Of a DNA stretch of 64,000 bases, positions 8,043 through 17,438 are shown piece after piece. Source of the stretch: a virus (lineage: Duplodnaviria; Caudoviricetes); the IMG/VR virus record IMGVR_UViG_3300048861_000043, positions 3,178-67,177 of that record, one strand, 5' to 3'. The notes under the pieces were generated by a model. The model was not told the DNA's origin, did no database searches, and saw nothing but the letters and a program-made list of their open reading frames with translations. The first letter of the stretch is position 1; the number at the start of each line of letters is the position of its first letter. Made by a program: the position numbers and the translations under genes.

Positions 8043-9923
8043 TTAACTCAACCCTGTGTTTGCCTGTGGCACCGTGAAGCTGTATTTCGCCATTTCCTTG
8101 CCGAAGTCTCGAGCGAGGGACTGTGCATCGGTCGCCTGTGTCTGGATGGTAATCGGGCCGTTGATGTTCGTCTCGGCAGTCGAGGTCATCTGGGACATAC
8201 GGGATGCGTATGAGCCGGAACTGCGAGCGCCAGCGGACTGCGCCGCTATTGCAGCCGCGTTGGTCGATCCACCGCCCGAGCCGCGCATAAACGACTTAAG
8301 CTTAGATCCATAAAGCGGATCGGTCGCATAGTGGCCGGTAAGCGCATCAGCGTAGGCCATCGGGTCGTTGAGATGCTTGCGCGCTTCCGCATAAGCCGAG
8401 CCGGTCGCCAAAAGCTTGCCATGCGCCTCAAACGCATCGTCCAAGGATGCGTATTTTGCGAATTTTGTGGGAACGCGTTTGCCACTTGCATCCCAATCCA
8501 TGCCCATAACGAAGTCCTGACCGGCGCGTGCATGAATCCCAAATGGATTGTTGCTTCCCTTCGGCATCTGCCTTCCGAACCCACTTTCAAGGCCAAACTG
8601 AGCAAGCGTGACGTCGATCGGAACACCATATTTCGCCTGTGTTCTGATTGCCGCTTGCACTGCCTCCGGACCCGCTTTCTGTCGAAGATCATTTGAGGTG
8701 CCCAGCGCGCCGGCTAGCGCATCGGCAGAATGGGACGCGACCGCCTTAACGAAGTCCATCGCCGGCATGTGAGCCGATGCTGCCAACCAGTCGCCATTCG
8801 CGATGTCCTTCTCGCCCTGGGTCTTATCCGTGTCTGGCAGACCCATTGCCTTCGCAATGCCGAGACCTGCGAGCGCCGCAATCGCGGCCGGCCCCAACGT
8901 ACCGATGATGCCCAATGAGGATCCGAGTCCACCAAGCGCGGCGGCAAGCGAGAGGATTGGACTCACCATCGACAGAATCTTGATTCCGGCAAGCGCGATG
9001 AGTACGTTCTTCCAGCCGCCAACCGAATCAGCAGCCTTATCCGCCCATTGAACAAATTGCTGGATGGATTGAACGGCATCGTCGACCCACTTGGCTATGT
9101 CGGCTTTGTGGTCAGCAACCCAATCGGCCATCTGCTGCAACTTCTTGAGCCACAACTCAAAAGTCGGCATCAACTCCAGAAGGATCGTCATTCCGACGTA
9201 CTGGAGGCGGTCCCTGAAGTCTAGCCATGCGTTCTGAAGTTTGAGAGCTTGCGCGGCCTGTTGTTCGGTGATGGCCGAGTTCTTCTTCTGCGCATCGACG
9301 AGCGCGAGGATGGCTTGCGGGCCTTGCTTGATGAAGTTGAACTCTTCACCGCTGACGCCCATCATCTGGGAGACGAGTTGCGCGCGAGCCGGATCGACCT
9401 TGTACAGGTCCTGGATGATCTTCGCGCGAGCCAGCAGGAAGCTATTGCCGTCCTGCAGGTCGCTAGTCTTTCCGCCGAAACGAAGGAAAGCCTGTATCTG
9501 GTCGCTGACCTTGCCGATCTTGAACCCGGCGATCTGCTGCTGAGAGTCCTGGAGTGCTTGCGTGATTCCTTCGGCGCTACCGCCTGCACGTTCGGCCGCC
9601 CGCTGCCACGCAGAAAGCTCCTGCGTGCTCATCTGCAGATTCTTGGCCATATAGCCAAGATTCACCGCCGAGCCGATCGTGTGCTCGGTGAAGTCCTTCA
9701 AACCCATTCCGGCAGTGAAGATCGCCAGGAGAGCCAGCACCTCATTGCGGACCTTCTTGAACGACTCGGCAGCCCGCTTGTTGGACGCCTCGATTTCCTT
9801 TGCGGCCTTGGCTTCTTCTGCCGTCAGTTTCTTCGTGGCGTCGGATGCCTTGTTCTTGCCGGTGATGAAGCCGGCAACGTCCATGCCGAGTGTCACGACC
9901 AGAGCGTCGACAATATTCGCCAT
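8043..9923 (-). CDS. Tape measure protein with C-terminal GH73 (FlgJ/glucosaminidase-like) domain
   Basis: Helical Ala-rich N-terminus; AQFGLESGFG...NNPFGI...FAKYASL...YATDP.Y catalytic-domain motifs. Confidence 0.9.
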   Translation of the reverse strand: MANIVDALVVTLGMDVAGFITGKNKASDATKKLTAEEAKAAKEIEASNKRAAESFKKVRNEVLALLAIFTAGMGLKDFTEHTIGSAVNLGYMAKNLQMSTQELSAWQRAAERAGGSAEGITQALQDSQQQIAGFKIGKVSDQIQAFLRFGGKTSDLQDGNSFLLARAKIIQDLYKVDPARAQLVSQMMGVSGEEFNFIKQGPQAILALVDAQKKNSAITEQQAAQALKLQNAWLDFRDRLQYVGMTILLELMPTFELWLKKLQQMADWVADHKADIAKWVDDAVQSIQQFVQWADKAADSVGGWKNVLIALAGIKILSMVSPILSLAAALGGLGSSLGIIGTLGPAAIAALAGLGIAKAMGLPDTDKTQGEKDIANGDWLAASAHMPAMDFVKAVASHSADALAGALGTSNDLRQKAGPEAVQAAIRTQAKYGVPIDVTLAQFGLESGFGRQMPKGSNNPFGIHARAGQDFVMGMDWDASGKRVPTKFAKYASLDDAFEAHGKLLATGSAYAEARKHLNDPMAYADALTGHYATDPLYGSKLKSFMRGSGGGSTNAAAIAAQSAGARSSGSYASRMSQMTSTAETNINGPITIQTQATDAQSLARDFGKEMAKYSFTVPQANTGLS

Positions 9924-9925
9924 TC

Positions 9926-10144
9926 TTATTCCTTGCGCTCGCTCATGATGCGGTCGTTGTGCGAATTAATAACGACGATTTCGATCAGGTCGTAAAGATC
10001 CTGACTTCCATACACGGTCTGCAGTTCATGCAGCGTCGCCATATTCCTCGATACGATCAGGCCGATATTCTGCGAGACGTTCGGATAGTCGAGCAGGCCG
10101 TCGACGGTTACGCCGCCTCTTGTTTTTGCGTGGCGGCGCTCGTA
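9926..10144 (-). CDS. C-terminal part of frameshifted tail assembly chaperone (gpT-like)
   Basis: -1 frame open for 73 codons from slippery T TTT TTT (10150-10144) to TAA 9928-9926: YERRHAK...ATLHELQTVYGSQDLYDLIEIV... Confidence 0.8.
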   Translation of the reverse strand, partial: YERRHAKTRGGVTVDGLLDYPNVSQNIGLIVSRNMATLHELQTVYGSQDLYDLIEIVVINSHNDRIMSERKE

Positions 10145-10545
10145 AAAAAAGACATATGTAATTCGAGAACAGCCTTGCGCAACTGAAGCCGCGTCGAGAC
10201 TTCCTCGATGTCATCCTCGATCATGGGGCCAACGCCGCCATAGCCGCGCTTAACCATCGGCTGCTTTGGATCGGGGACGATGGAAATGCACTCCATCATC
10301 TCGTCAAACAAAGGCCGTGCGAGTTCATACGGGACCTTGGTAAGCGACTTGATACCGATCGCTGCAATGCCGGCCAAGCCAGCCGACAGCAGATCATCCG
10401 GCACCTCTACGCCGCAGTTCATCATGACGAAGAGGGCGCGTGTGGCCCATGATTCAGCCTGCGACGCGGACAACTCCGTGACTGTGAACATCTTGCCCTG
10501 GTCACGCCCCGCCGACTCGATGACGATAGTTTTGGTTTTACGCAT
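10108..10545 (-). CDS. Tail assembly chaperone (gpG-like)
   Basis: Lies between tube and tape measure; GRD.GK.F..TE..A..AE.WA.RA motif; in-phase slippery heptamer near 3' end. Confidence 0.85.
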   Translation of the reverse strand: MRKTKTIVIESAGRDQGKMFTVTELSASQAESWATRALFVMMNCGVEVPDDLLSAGLAGIAAIGIKSLTKVPYELARPLFDEMMECISIVPDPKQPMVKRGYGGVGPMIEDDIEEVSTRLQLRKAVLELHMSFFTSAATQKQEAA

Positions 10546-10976
10546 TAGATCGGCACCGCAATAACTGACCCAAAGTGAATTTCAAACTTCCGCGGCTGCA
10601 ACGTCTTCTTTGCATCGGCAAGAGGCTTGTAGTTCTTCATCACGCCAGTGGTCAGCGTGTAGTTCCGGCTGACTGCGGGCTGGTTGATGTTGCCGAAGAA
10701 GAAGAAAGGCGCCTGAGCGGCCTCCTCAGCAGCGTAGACGCTCTCAAAGAACGTGTTGCTCGGGCTATCCGCTTGCAGGGTTACCTCGAGCACCTTGATT
10801 TGAGGGATATAGCCAGCAGACAGCTTCCCATCAACCCCGATCACGACTTCTTTCGTATCGACGTTCGCCATCGAGTACATGTCGTCAGTCGCGAAGCCGG
10901 CGATCTGCTGAGGAACGGTGAAGAAGCTTGTGACGCCCAAAAAAAGTGTGCTGTTCGCGCTGGTGATGTCGGCCAT
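10545..10976 (-). CDS. Tail tube protein
   Basis: 143 aa after sheath; ITSAN...GVDGKLSAG...LQADSPS. Confidence 0.85.
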   Translation of the reverse strand: MADITSANSTLFLGVTSFFTVPQQIAGFATDDMYSMANVDTKEVVIGVDGKLSAGYIPQIKVLEVTLQADSPSNTFFESVYAAEEAAQAPFFFFGNINQPAVSRNYTLTTGVMKNYKPLADAKKTLQPRKFEIHFGSVIAVPI

Positions 10977-12484
10977 TATTGAACCTCGACGCTGCTAACG
11001 TTGATCGATTGAACTGAACCACCCTGGCAATACCAGAACGTGATAGAAGGACTGGTTCGGTTGCCGCGAACCTGCGCTGTCGCCGGAAGGATCTGCAGGT
11101 AGTAACCGGTGGACTGCAGCGTTTGCGCGATGTTGATGCCCGCCGCATTGTTCACTTCCGCTTGCTGCGCAGCCGAAAGCGTGGTACCAGGCGTGATGAG
11201 GCCGAAGTTCAGCATCTGCGTGATCGGATCCTGCATGGCAGACCGGATCAGGCCGTAGCCTGCAGCGTTGTACGGAATCGATTTGACGTTGGTCAGCAAC
11301 TCCATCAGCGCCAACTGGAACTGGCTGTTGAGAAAGATCTGGCCAACATATGCATCGATCCATTTGAACGGGCCAGAGATCGAGCCCGGATAGAAGAAGA
11401 TGAAGTTCTGGTTGGCGGTCGCGTACGCACCGTAGTAGTTGTACCCGTTGGCGATCAGATTCGCTGCCGCCGTCGCATTCGTCACCGTGGCAACGAGGCC
11501 CGATTGCGACTTGAACGCGAGCGTCGCTTCGCCATTCGTTTCGGTGAAGTCGATCGACGCGACGGCACCCGATGCGAACGCAGCGAGACCGTACGGAATG
11601 CTCGGTACATAGATCGGCGTCGCGCCCGAAATTCCGGCCGCGATGATTTTCTGACCCAGCGACGAAGATGCATTCGTTGATTGCGTTGGCGTGATGTCCG
11701 TGTCTTCGGCGAGGTAGGCAAACTCGTTTTGAGTCGTGCCGGCCCATGCCGCGAAGGCGAACTTGAGCGCGTTGCCGCTGCCGGCATCCGGATCGAAGTC
11801 CGTGAAGAACGTCGCCCAGTTGGTTGTCTGCGCCACGATGCCGGCCATGTACGCTGCCGGTGCCGCAGCAGCAGCCGCGCCCTGCGACAGGGTTGCGCCT
11901 GCAGCCTGCGTCAGCAACAGGCCTGCGGCCAGCGTGCCCGTGGCGTAGGTGATCGTGGCCGTAGCACCCGAGGCCGTGCTCGTGAACACGAATGCGCCCG
12001 AAACGCTGTCATACGTGACCGCGAAGGGTGGCGAAGTGAACGCAGACTGGATCATCGAGGCGGCATTCGAAAAACTCGTCGCGGACGACAGATTGATGCT
12101 CGACGACGTGAGGCCAATGCCGGCGAACGTGATCGTCAGCGTGCCGCTGAGCGCCTGAAGCTGTGTGAGCGTCAGGCCCGAGATATTGCCGCCGCGCAGG
12201 TAGCCCGGAACGGCCGCGAGGTTGTACTGAGCGAACAGCATCGCGCCAGGCAGGACGTTGGATCCCTCGAAGCCAGCGAAATAGATCGCTGCCTGTGCAG
12301 CCTGTACCGAAGCCGGACCGAAATACGACGACACGGTCGCTGACGACGGAAAGGAAAGTACCTGACCGGTCGGCACGCGGGTGCTACTGGTCAGGCACAG
12401 GCCGATGAGCTCAAGCGCACTGCCGCCGGCCGAAATGACTGACGGAATGACCGAGACAATGGCACTTGCGGGAATGCTCGCCAT
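10976..12484 (-). CDS. Tail sheath protein (DUF3383 family)
   Basis: SIPAS.IV.V.P.V start; IPYN..GY..I, R..R.SP...FWY..GGSVQ.I end. Confidence 0.9.
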   Translation of the reverse strand: MASIPASAIVSVIPSVISAGGSALELIGLCLTSSTRVPTGQVLSFPSSATVSSYFGPASVQAAQAAIYFAGFEGSNVLPGAMLFAQYNLAAVPGYLRGGNISGLTLTQLQALSGTLTITFAGIGLTSSSINLSSATSFSNAASMIQSAFTSPPFAVTYDSVSGAFVFTSTASGATATITYATGTLAAGLLLTQAAGATLSQGAAAAAAPAAYMAGIVAQTTNWATFFTDFDPDAGSGNALKFAFAAWAGTTQNEFAYLAEDTDITPTQSTNASSSLGQKIIAAGISGATPIYVPSIPYGLAAFASGAVASIDFTETNGEATLAFKSQSGLVATVTNATAAANLIANGYNYYGAYATANQNFIFFYPGSISGPFKWIDAYVGQIFLNSQFQLALMELLTNVKSIPYNAAGYGLIRSAMQDPITQMLNFGLITPGTTLSAAQQAEVNNAAGINIAQTLQSTGYYLQILPATAQVRGNRTSPSITFWYCQGGSVQSINVSSVEVQ

Positions 12485-12500
12485 GAGGGCTCCAGAAATG

Positions 12501-12524
12501 AAAAAGCCCGCTCAGTGGCGGGCT
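12501..12524 (-). terminator. Intrinsic terminator-like hairpin before sheath gene
   Basis: Minus strand AGCCCGC hairpin plus TTTTT. Confidence 0.6.
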
Positions 12525-12550
12525 CGAAAGAATTAGGTGATGCGGGTTGG

Positions 12551-13276
12551 TTAGGCGGGGAACTGCGCTTGAACTTCTTTGACGCTGGCCTGTAGACCGT
12601 CAGAGAACTGCTGCGGCACGGTGACGACTGGATTGCACTGCATGGCAAGGTCTATGACCCAGCGTTGTTCGTATTGCTGCTCGCCATTGATGAACGGCAT
12701 CTGGTGGGGGTCGTTCGCATACAGTGGGGCGACATCAAACCCTGACGCTGCAAATGCCTGTGCAGCATAGTCATCGAAGAACAGCGATGCGATGGTCTGC
12801 GCGTTGTCGCCCGAGTTCGGGCCGTGTACGTCTAATTGCACCGTCACCTTGAAGGGTGACAGGATGTTTTTCACGCCGGCCGCCATGGTCTGGCTAGCGA
12901 CGGTTTGCACTGGCGAGACGGTGTAAGTGCCGACGCCGCCCGTGCCACTTCCGAATGCCGCGATGGTTGTCCCATTCGCAACACCCGTTCCGAACACTGA
13001 ATTGCCCAGTGCAATCACGCCGAGGCTGACATTGGTTACCGTCAGCGTGGCGCCAGAAATAGAACCGATGAATGCGCAGTCACTGTAGGTGTCTGTGTTC
13101 GTCTCGATACGCTCGCGAAACATCGGCGTCATTTCGACAAAGTCCGGGCCGGCCGGTTCAGCCACCCGATTATCCTGGCCGTCGACTACTTCAATTCCTG
13201 GGGGCAGGATGGCGAGCAAAAATGAGCGCAGCGCTGTGAGCGTCTGGCTTTCTGTGAGAGATAGCGAAATGCCCAT
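12551..13276 (-). CDS. Neck/tail terminator protein with inserted beta-rich accessory domain
   Basis: GQ.NRV..P, VQLDVHG, P.YA.DP.Q.PF.N.EQQYE.RW; ~60-aa insertion FIGSISGATLTV...TYTV. Confidence 0.75.
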   Translation of the reverse strand: MGISLSLTESQTLTALRSFLLAILPPGIEVVDGQDNRVAEPAGPDFVEMTPMFRERIETNTDTYSDCAFIGSISGATLTVTNVSLGVIALGNSVFGTGVANGTTIAAFGSGTGGVGTYTVSPVQTVASQTMAAGVKNILSPFKVTVQLDVHGPNSGDNAQTIASLFFDDYAAQAFAASGFDVAPLYANDPHQMPFINGEQQYEQRWVIDLAMQCNPVVTVPQQFSDGLQASVKEVQAQFPA

Positions 13277-13279
13277 GAT

Positions 13280-13663
13280 TTAGCTGCCATTCTGGAGCGT
13301 GATGCAGACCTTCGACCAACCTCCGGTGCGGTTCCAGTTCTCGAAGAGGAAAACTATCAACCAAACTGTCCCATCGGGGAGTGTGACGAGATCGCCACCT
13401 TCTTTGGTCGATCTAACCACGGCATCCCATGAACCATTGATATACATGGCGTGGCGGATGCCGGTTATGTTCAGCCCGCTTGCCTGCATCAGATCTTGAT
13501 ATTGCAGCGCCTGAATCTGCACGGGCATCGGAATCGCAGGACCGTATGCGGGACTGCGCTTGCCGTCTGAACCAGTCGTATAGCCCTGGGACTGTTGCAT
13601 GTAAGCGGTGACCCAATCATTTACGGCGCCGCAGATCGGACCGGCAATGTTGTTCAGATTCAT
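13280..13663 (-). CDS. Head closure/head-tail adaptor protein
   Basis: Q.Q.L...DL.Q..GLN..G...GGDL......WL.V...E.W. Confidence 0.7.
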   Translation of the reverse strand: MNLNNIAGPICGAVNDWVTAYMQQSQGYTTGSDGKRSPAYGPAIPMPVQIQALQYQDLMQASGLNITGIRHAMYINGSWDAVVRSTKEGGDLVTLPDGTVWLIVFLFENWNRTGGWSKVCITLQNGS

Positions 13664-14268
13664 TTTTGGACTTCCGAGTCGACGCTGTTCAGCATGTGAT
13701 CCGAGTCGACCAAGGGCTTGTCGAAGCCTTTCTTGGCGATGGTCGACTTGGCATTCGCTGGGTCACTGAAGTCTCTGATCGACTCCTGCAACTGCTCTGC
13801 CACATGCTTTCCAAGACGCCCCAAGGCAACCTCCGCGTCATAGTCGGCGGCCCTGATGATCTTTCCGAGTTCTGCCGGCCATTCACCCTTATTCTTCTGG
13901 ATCATGTCGCGGAAGAATGGGCGTGCAGGAATGGTGACCGTATATTCGTCGACGTGGTGCGTCGTGTCGTAGTTCGATCGAGACGCCTTGACAAACTGGC
14001 TCGCCCCCACGCGATTGCCTTCTTCGTCCAGGGAGCCAGCAGCAAAGTTTCCGCTCTTGTCGATCTTGCGATGGATCGTGACGTCATGTGCAGGCACTGT
14101 GACAGTGCCGCCATATTCGTTTGTTGCGGCGATCAGCGCGACTGGCGTTCCATCCGGATAGGTCGCGCCTTCCAGAAAGCCGACATTTACCGTCTTGGCT
14201 TTGCCGACTTTTTCTGCGATCTCTCGCAGTTTGGCCTCGAGCGCCGCACCTCCAGAGAACGCGCCCAT
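13660..14268 (-). CDS. Tail completion/neck protein (HK97 gp10-like)
   Basis: Start re-called at 14268 (ATGA overlap); VGFLEGATYPDG...IP.RPFF...KPL.D...M..S. Confidence 0.75.
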   Translation of the reverse strand: MGAFSGGAALEAKLREIAEKVGKAKTVNVGFLEGATYPDGTPVALIAATNEYGGTVTVPAHDVTIHRKIDKSGNFAAGSLDEEGNRVGASQFVKASRSNYDTTHHVDEYTVTIPARPFFRDMIQKNKGEWPAELGKIIRAADYDAEVALGRLGKHVAEQLQESIRDFSDPANAKSTIAKKGFDKPLVDSDHMLNSVDSEVQK

Positions 14269-14732
14269 CAGAATCTCCTGAAACCACCGCCGTACGGATC
14301 CACGCCGGGGATGCGCCCCGGAACGTAATGCATCGTACGAAACTGAGCGGTTGCTGCCCAGAACGCAGCGCCATATTTGGTTTGCTGGAACCACTGAACT
14401 GTGCCGGGCGGATAGTCGTTTTGCGTTGCAACTGACACGCTGCCTTGGGCGGCGTTACTGATACGGCCGACCAGAGGCGATGAAGGCTGGCCACCGATCG
14501 GCGCATTCAGTGCTGCAATATGTGACGTCACCATATTGAGCATCATCTCGCGCTGGCCACCGGGACTTGCATCCCGGATGAGGCTCGTCGGAGTATTGTC
14601 GCAATACAGCTGCGCTTCGTTGAAGTACATTTGCGCTAGCGATTGGGACACAGAGAATGCCAGTTCGGGATATCGGGTCGACCAGTTGGAGTATGAAAAT
14701 GCAACGACTCCACCGCTAGCGCAAGTCATCAT
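14268..14732 (-). CDS. Head-tail connector (DUF4054-like)
   Basis: RYPE...L..SHIA.L...VGRIS.A..GSVSV...W..QT.YG..FW.AT. Confidence 0.85.
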   Translation of the reverse strand: MMTCASGGVVAFSYSNWSTRYPELAFSVSQSLAQMYFNEAQLYCDNTPTSLIRDASPGGQREMMLNMVTSHIAALNAPIGGQPSSPLVGRISNAAQGSVSVATQNDYPPGTVQWFQQTKYGAAFWAATAQFRTMHYVPGRIPGVDPYGGGFRRF

Positions 14733-15214
14733 ACCGCCTGACGGACCATGTCCGACTTCTGCAAGCCCTTCGGCAGATTGTTCGGGTCAAGACGCTCAAG
14801 ACCCGACTTCTCTTTTTCCTTCTCTTTTGCTTCTGCAATGGTGCTGGCAGTCTCGCCGTGTGCGAACAGCATGCCGTTCACGACGATATCCGACTCCTTG
14901 TTCTGATCGAGCCACTGTTCCCAGAATGCTTTCGGGATGCCGTGCGTGATTGCGAAGCCACCGACGATCTGCTGATGTGCGCCCTTGTTCTGCGCCCAGC
15001 TATTTCCCTGCACGACGAAATGCTTTGCGCCGCGGGCCAGTTCGGCGACCTTGACCTCACGCGAACCACCGCCCATTACCAACTCGTTCTTCGTCACAAA
15101 GGTGAAGAGCTTCAGGGTCAGGTCCATCGGAAGTTTCGATGCGACGCTGACGGTTGCATTCGAGGGGACATCGTTATTTCGTTTGAGGCTGATGGTTGAT
15201 TCTTGCGTTGCCAT
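14729..15214 (-). CDS. Hypothetical virion/head-associated protein
   Basis: 161 aa between capsid and connector; V.V..KLP..L...GG..IT...P..FW..W. Confidence 0.75.
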   Translation of the reverse strand: MATQESTISLKRNNDVPSNATVSVASKLPMDLTLKLFTFVTKNELVMGGGSREVKVAELARGAKHFVVQGNSWAQNKGAHQQIVGGFAITHGIPKAFWEQWLDQNKESDIVVNGMLFAHGETASTIAEAKEKEKEKSGLERLDPNNLPKGLQKSDMVRQAV

Positions 15215-15330
15215 GAGACCGCCTATCAGAATTGACCGAACGAAAGAGGGCGCGCCACCAGGCCGGTACGGTCAGGTCGGCTTTTTCGAGAATGACTCTA
15301 GGGGCGCGCTTTACTGCTACGGCAAGCGGG

Positions 15331-16431
15331 TCAGATGCCGACCATCGTCGAAACGGCGTACGGCTGACGCAGCACGAAACCAGCCGAACCCTGGCTGAAT
15401 TTCTGCTTGAATGCCGACATTTCGCGAACGATCGTACCGGCGCGCAACTTGGTGTTAAACGCGCAGAAGCCGGTTTGCTGACCTTCGGCCTTCGGTGCAT
15501 ACAACTGGACCACTTCGCCGACCGCGTTGCCCTGCGGATTGGAAGCGGTCAATGCGCCGTACTGGATCGCGGTCTTCACGGTCAGTTTCGGGAATGCCTT
15601 CACCAGCAGATCCGCAACCGCCACGTTGAACGTGTTCACTGCCGTCATTGCGCCTTCACGAGCCGGCGACAATGCGAGGATGAATTCCGACTTGGTGTTG
15701 AGCTGACCATTCGACTGATTGATCGACTGAATCACCAGCGCCTGGACGTCGTTGAAGATCTCGTTGGCCGTTGCGTTAATCGATGTGCCATTCATCCACG
15801 AGTTTCCGCCGGCAGCCTTGGGAGCCGGCGTAAGAGCCGCAGTCAGCGAAGGGTCATTCAAGATGCCGTAGTTCTGCAGGCCTTGAACGCCGCGGAAGTA
15901 GGTCAGGTTCGAGAACTTGTTGAGGCCGTCGATGGCGGCTTCTTTCTGCTCGTTCACGAAACCGATCTTTGCCAGGCCCGCGCGTTCGATTTCGAAATCG
16001 CCGTATTCGCAGATCGTCTGGAAAAGGTACGGCTGACGTTCCGGAAAGTTGGTGTTGATGCCAGCCGAACCGTTGTTGCTGTAGTCGCCGTACGTCGAGA
16101 TTTCATACGTCCGTTCGACCACCGGGAAGATCAGCGTCGAATCGACCCACGAGCCCTTTTGCTGCTCGCCGAAGATTTCTGCCGCTTCGTTCTTCGCGGT
16201 CAGGATGTGCAGAATGTCCGGATCGAGATAGAACGAGAGGAACGCCGGAATACCCGACGATGCGACGGTGACGAGTTGCGGCTGGGCGTCGCACGCCATA
16301 TCGAAGTTCTTCTTCCACTCAGGGCGCGTAAAACCCTGGCAGTCGGGGAAGTGAATCCCCCATTCCTTTTCGTGAAACGCCAGCGCTGCCCGTTGATCGG
16401 ACGGCGACATGTCATAAGCCATTTTGGCCAT
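15331..16431 (-). CDS. Major capsid protein (DUF2184 family)
   Basis: Start re-called at 16431; IP..L..Y.DP...GSW...FPV.E..YGDY...YF.GV.GL.NYG.LNDP. Confidence 0.9.
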   Translation of the reverse strand: MAKMAYDMSPSDQRAALAFHEKEWGIHFPDCQGFTRPEWKKNFDMACDAQPQLVTVASSGIPAFLSFYLDPDILHILTAKNEAAEIFGEQQKGSWVDSTLIFPVVERTYEISTYGDYSNNGSAGINTNFPERQPYLFQTICEYGDFEIERAGLAKIGFVNEQKEAAIDGLNKFSNLTYFRGVQGLQNYGILNDPSLTAALTPAPKAAGGNSWMNGTSINATANEIFNDVQALVIQSINQSNGQLNTKSEFILALSPAREGAMTAVNTFNVAVADLLVKAFPKLTVKTAIQYGALTASNPQGNAVGEVVQLYAPKAEGQQTGFCAFNTKLRAGTIVREMSAFKQKFSQGSAGFVLRQPYAVSTMVGI

Positions 16432-16451
16432 GGTTAATTCCTTTGAGCAAT

Positions 16452-16474
16452 AAAAAAGCCGCCCGTAGGCGGCC
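16452..16474 (-). terminator. Intrinsic terminator-like hairpin before capsid gene
   Basis: GGCCGCC-TACG-GGCGGCTTTTTT. Confidence 0.6.
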
Positions 16475-16506
16475 TGATGCATCAGATTGGTGACAGTGCG
16501 CGCGGA

Positions 16507-17406
16507 TTAACCGAGCAACCAGGTGGACATCTTGACGAGTTCGCCAGGTGCGCCGACCGAAAGAGCGACCCACTTGGTTTGCGTACCGGCAGCGACAGTG
16601 ATCGCTTCGGAAGCCACCGTTTGACCGATGCTCACCAGGTACGTACCCGTGCCGCCAGCGCCCGTGAGGAAACCGGTGATGGCCGTGCCAGCAGTTACGC
16701 CGGCGCCGGTGAGTGCATCGCCGAGGCCCAACGTACCGGACGCGACGGCCGAGACGGTCAGGGTGCCGCCCGAAGCGGTAATCGCGGTGCTGGAAACGGT
16801 CTGCGAAGCGCTAACGGTGTAGGTACCCGTGCCGCCCGTACCCGTGCCAAGAGCCGTGATCGTGGTGCCAGCGGTGACACCCGTGCCGCTGATCACTTGA
16901 CCAACGGCCAGAGTGCCGCTCGTAACCGCAGAGACGGTCAGGGTGGTACCGGCGATGGAGCCGGTAACCACGTTTGCAGCGATCGAACCGGTCACGCTAG
17001 CACCGGTCCAGTTCGTACCGAACTGAACCTGGCCCGTGGAGTTGTTAGCGAAGGCGGCCTGACCGATTGCGGACGTGGTGGAACCCGCATTCAGGGCCCA
17101 CACGCCGGCAGCGCTCGTGAGTGTCACGCCCATGCCGGGCGGGATCACCATCGAGTTGTCAGCGAGATACGCCGTGATCAGGGCTTGCTGTTCGCGATGC
17201 ACGAAGCCTGTCGGCGCACCGGCGCCAAAATTGCTGGTCGTGAGGTTCGCTGCGTCAGCCCAGGCGAAGCGGCCAATCGTTACGCCGCTGGGGCCTGCGA
17301 CGAAAGCGCCCGCACCAGCATCCACAAATGCACGAGGATTGCGGTCGCACCAGTCACCGACTACGGCCGGAGCTGCCTGCACATTAACTTGCGTGGGAAA
17401 TCCCAT
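16507..17406 (-). CDS. Capsid decoration/cement protein with two beta-rich accessory repeats
   Basis: GFP..VN...AP.V.GD...[15 protein letters not shown]; tandem [10 protein letters not shown]...[10 protein letters not shown] modules. Confidence 0.8.
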   Translation of the reverse strand: MGFPTQVNVQAAPAVVGDWCDRNPRAFVDAGAGAFVAGPSGVTIGRFAWADAANLTTSNFGAGAPTGFVHREQQALITAYLADNSMVIPPGMGVTLTSAAGVWALNAGSTTSAIGQAAFANNSTGQVQFGTNWTGASVTGSIAANVVTGSIAGTTLTVSAVTSGTLAVGQVISGTGVTAGTTITALGTGTGGTGTYTVSASQTVSSTAITASGGTLTVSAVASGTLGLGDALTGAGVTAGTAITGFLTGAGGTGTYLVSIGQTVASEAITVAAGTQTKWVALSVGAPGELVKMSTWLLG

Positions 17407-17438
17407 TCTCTACTCCTGAATTTTGAAAGGCTGCGCGA

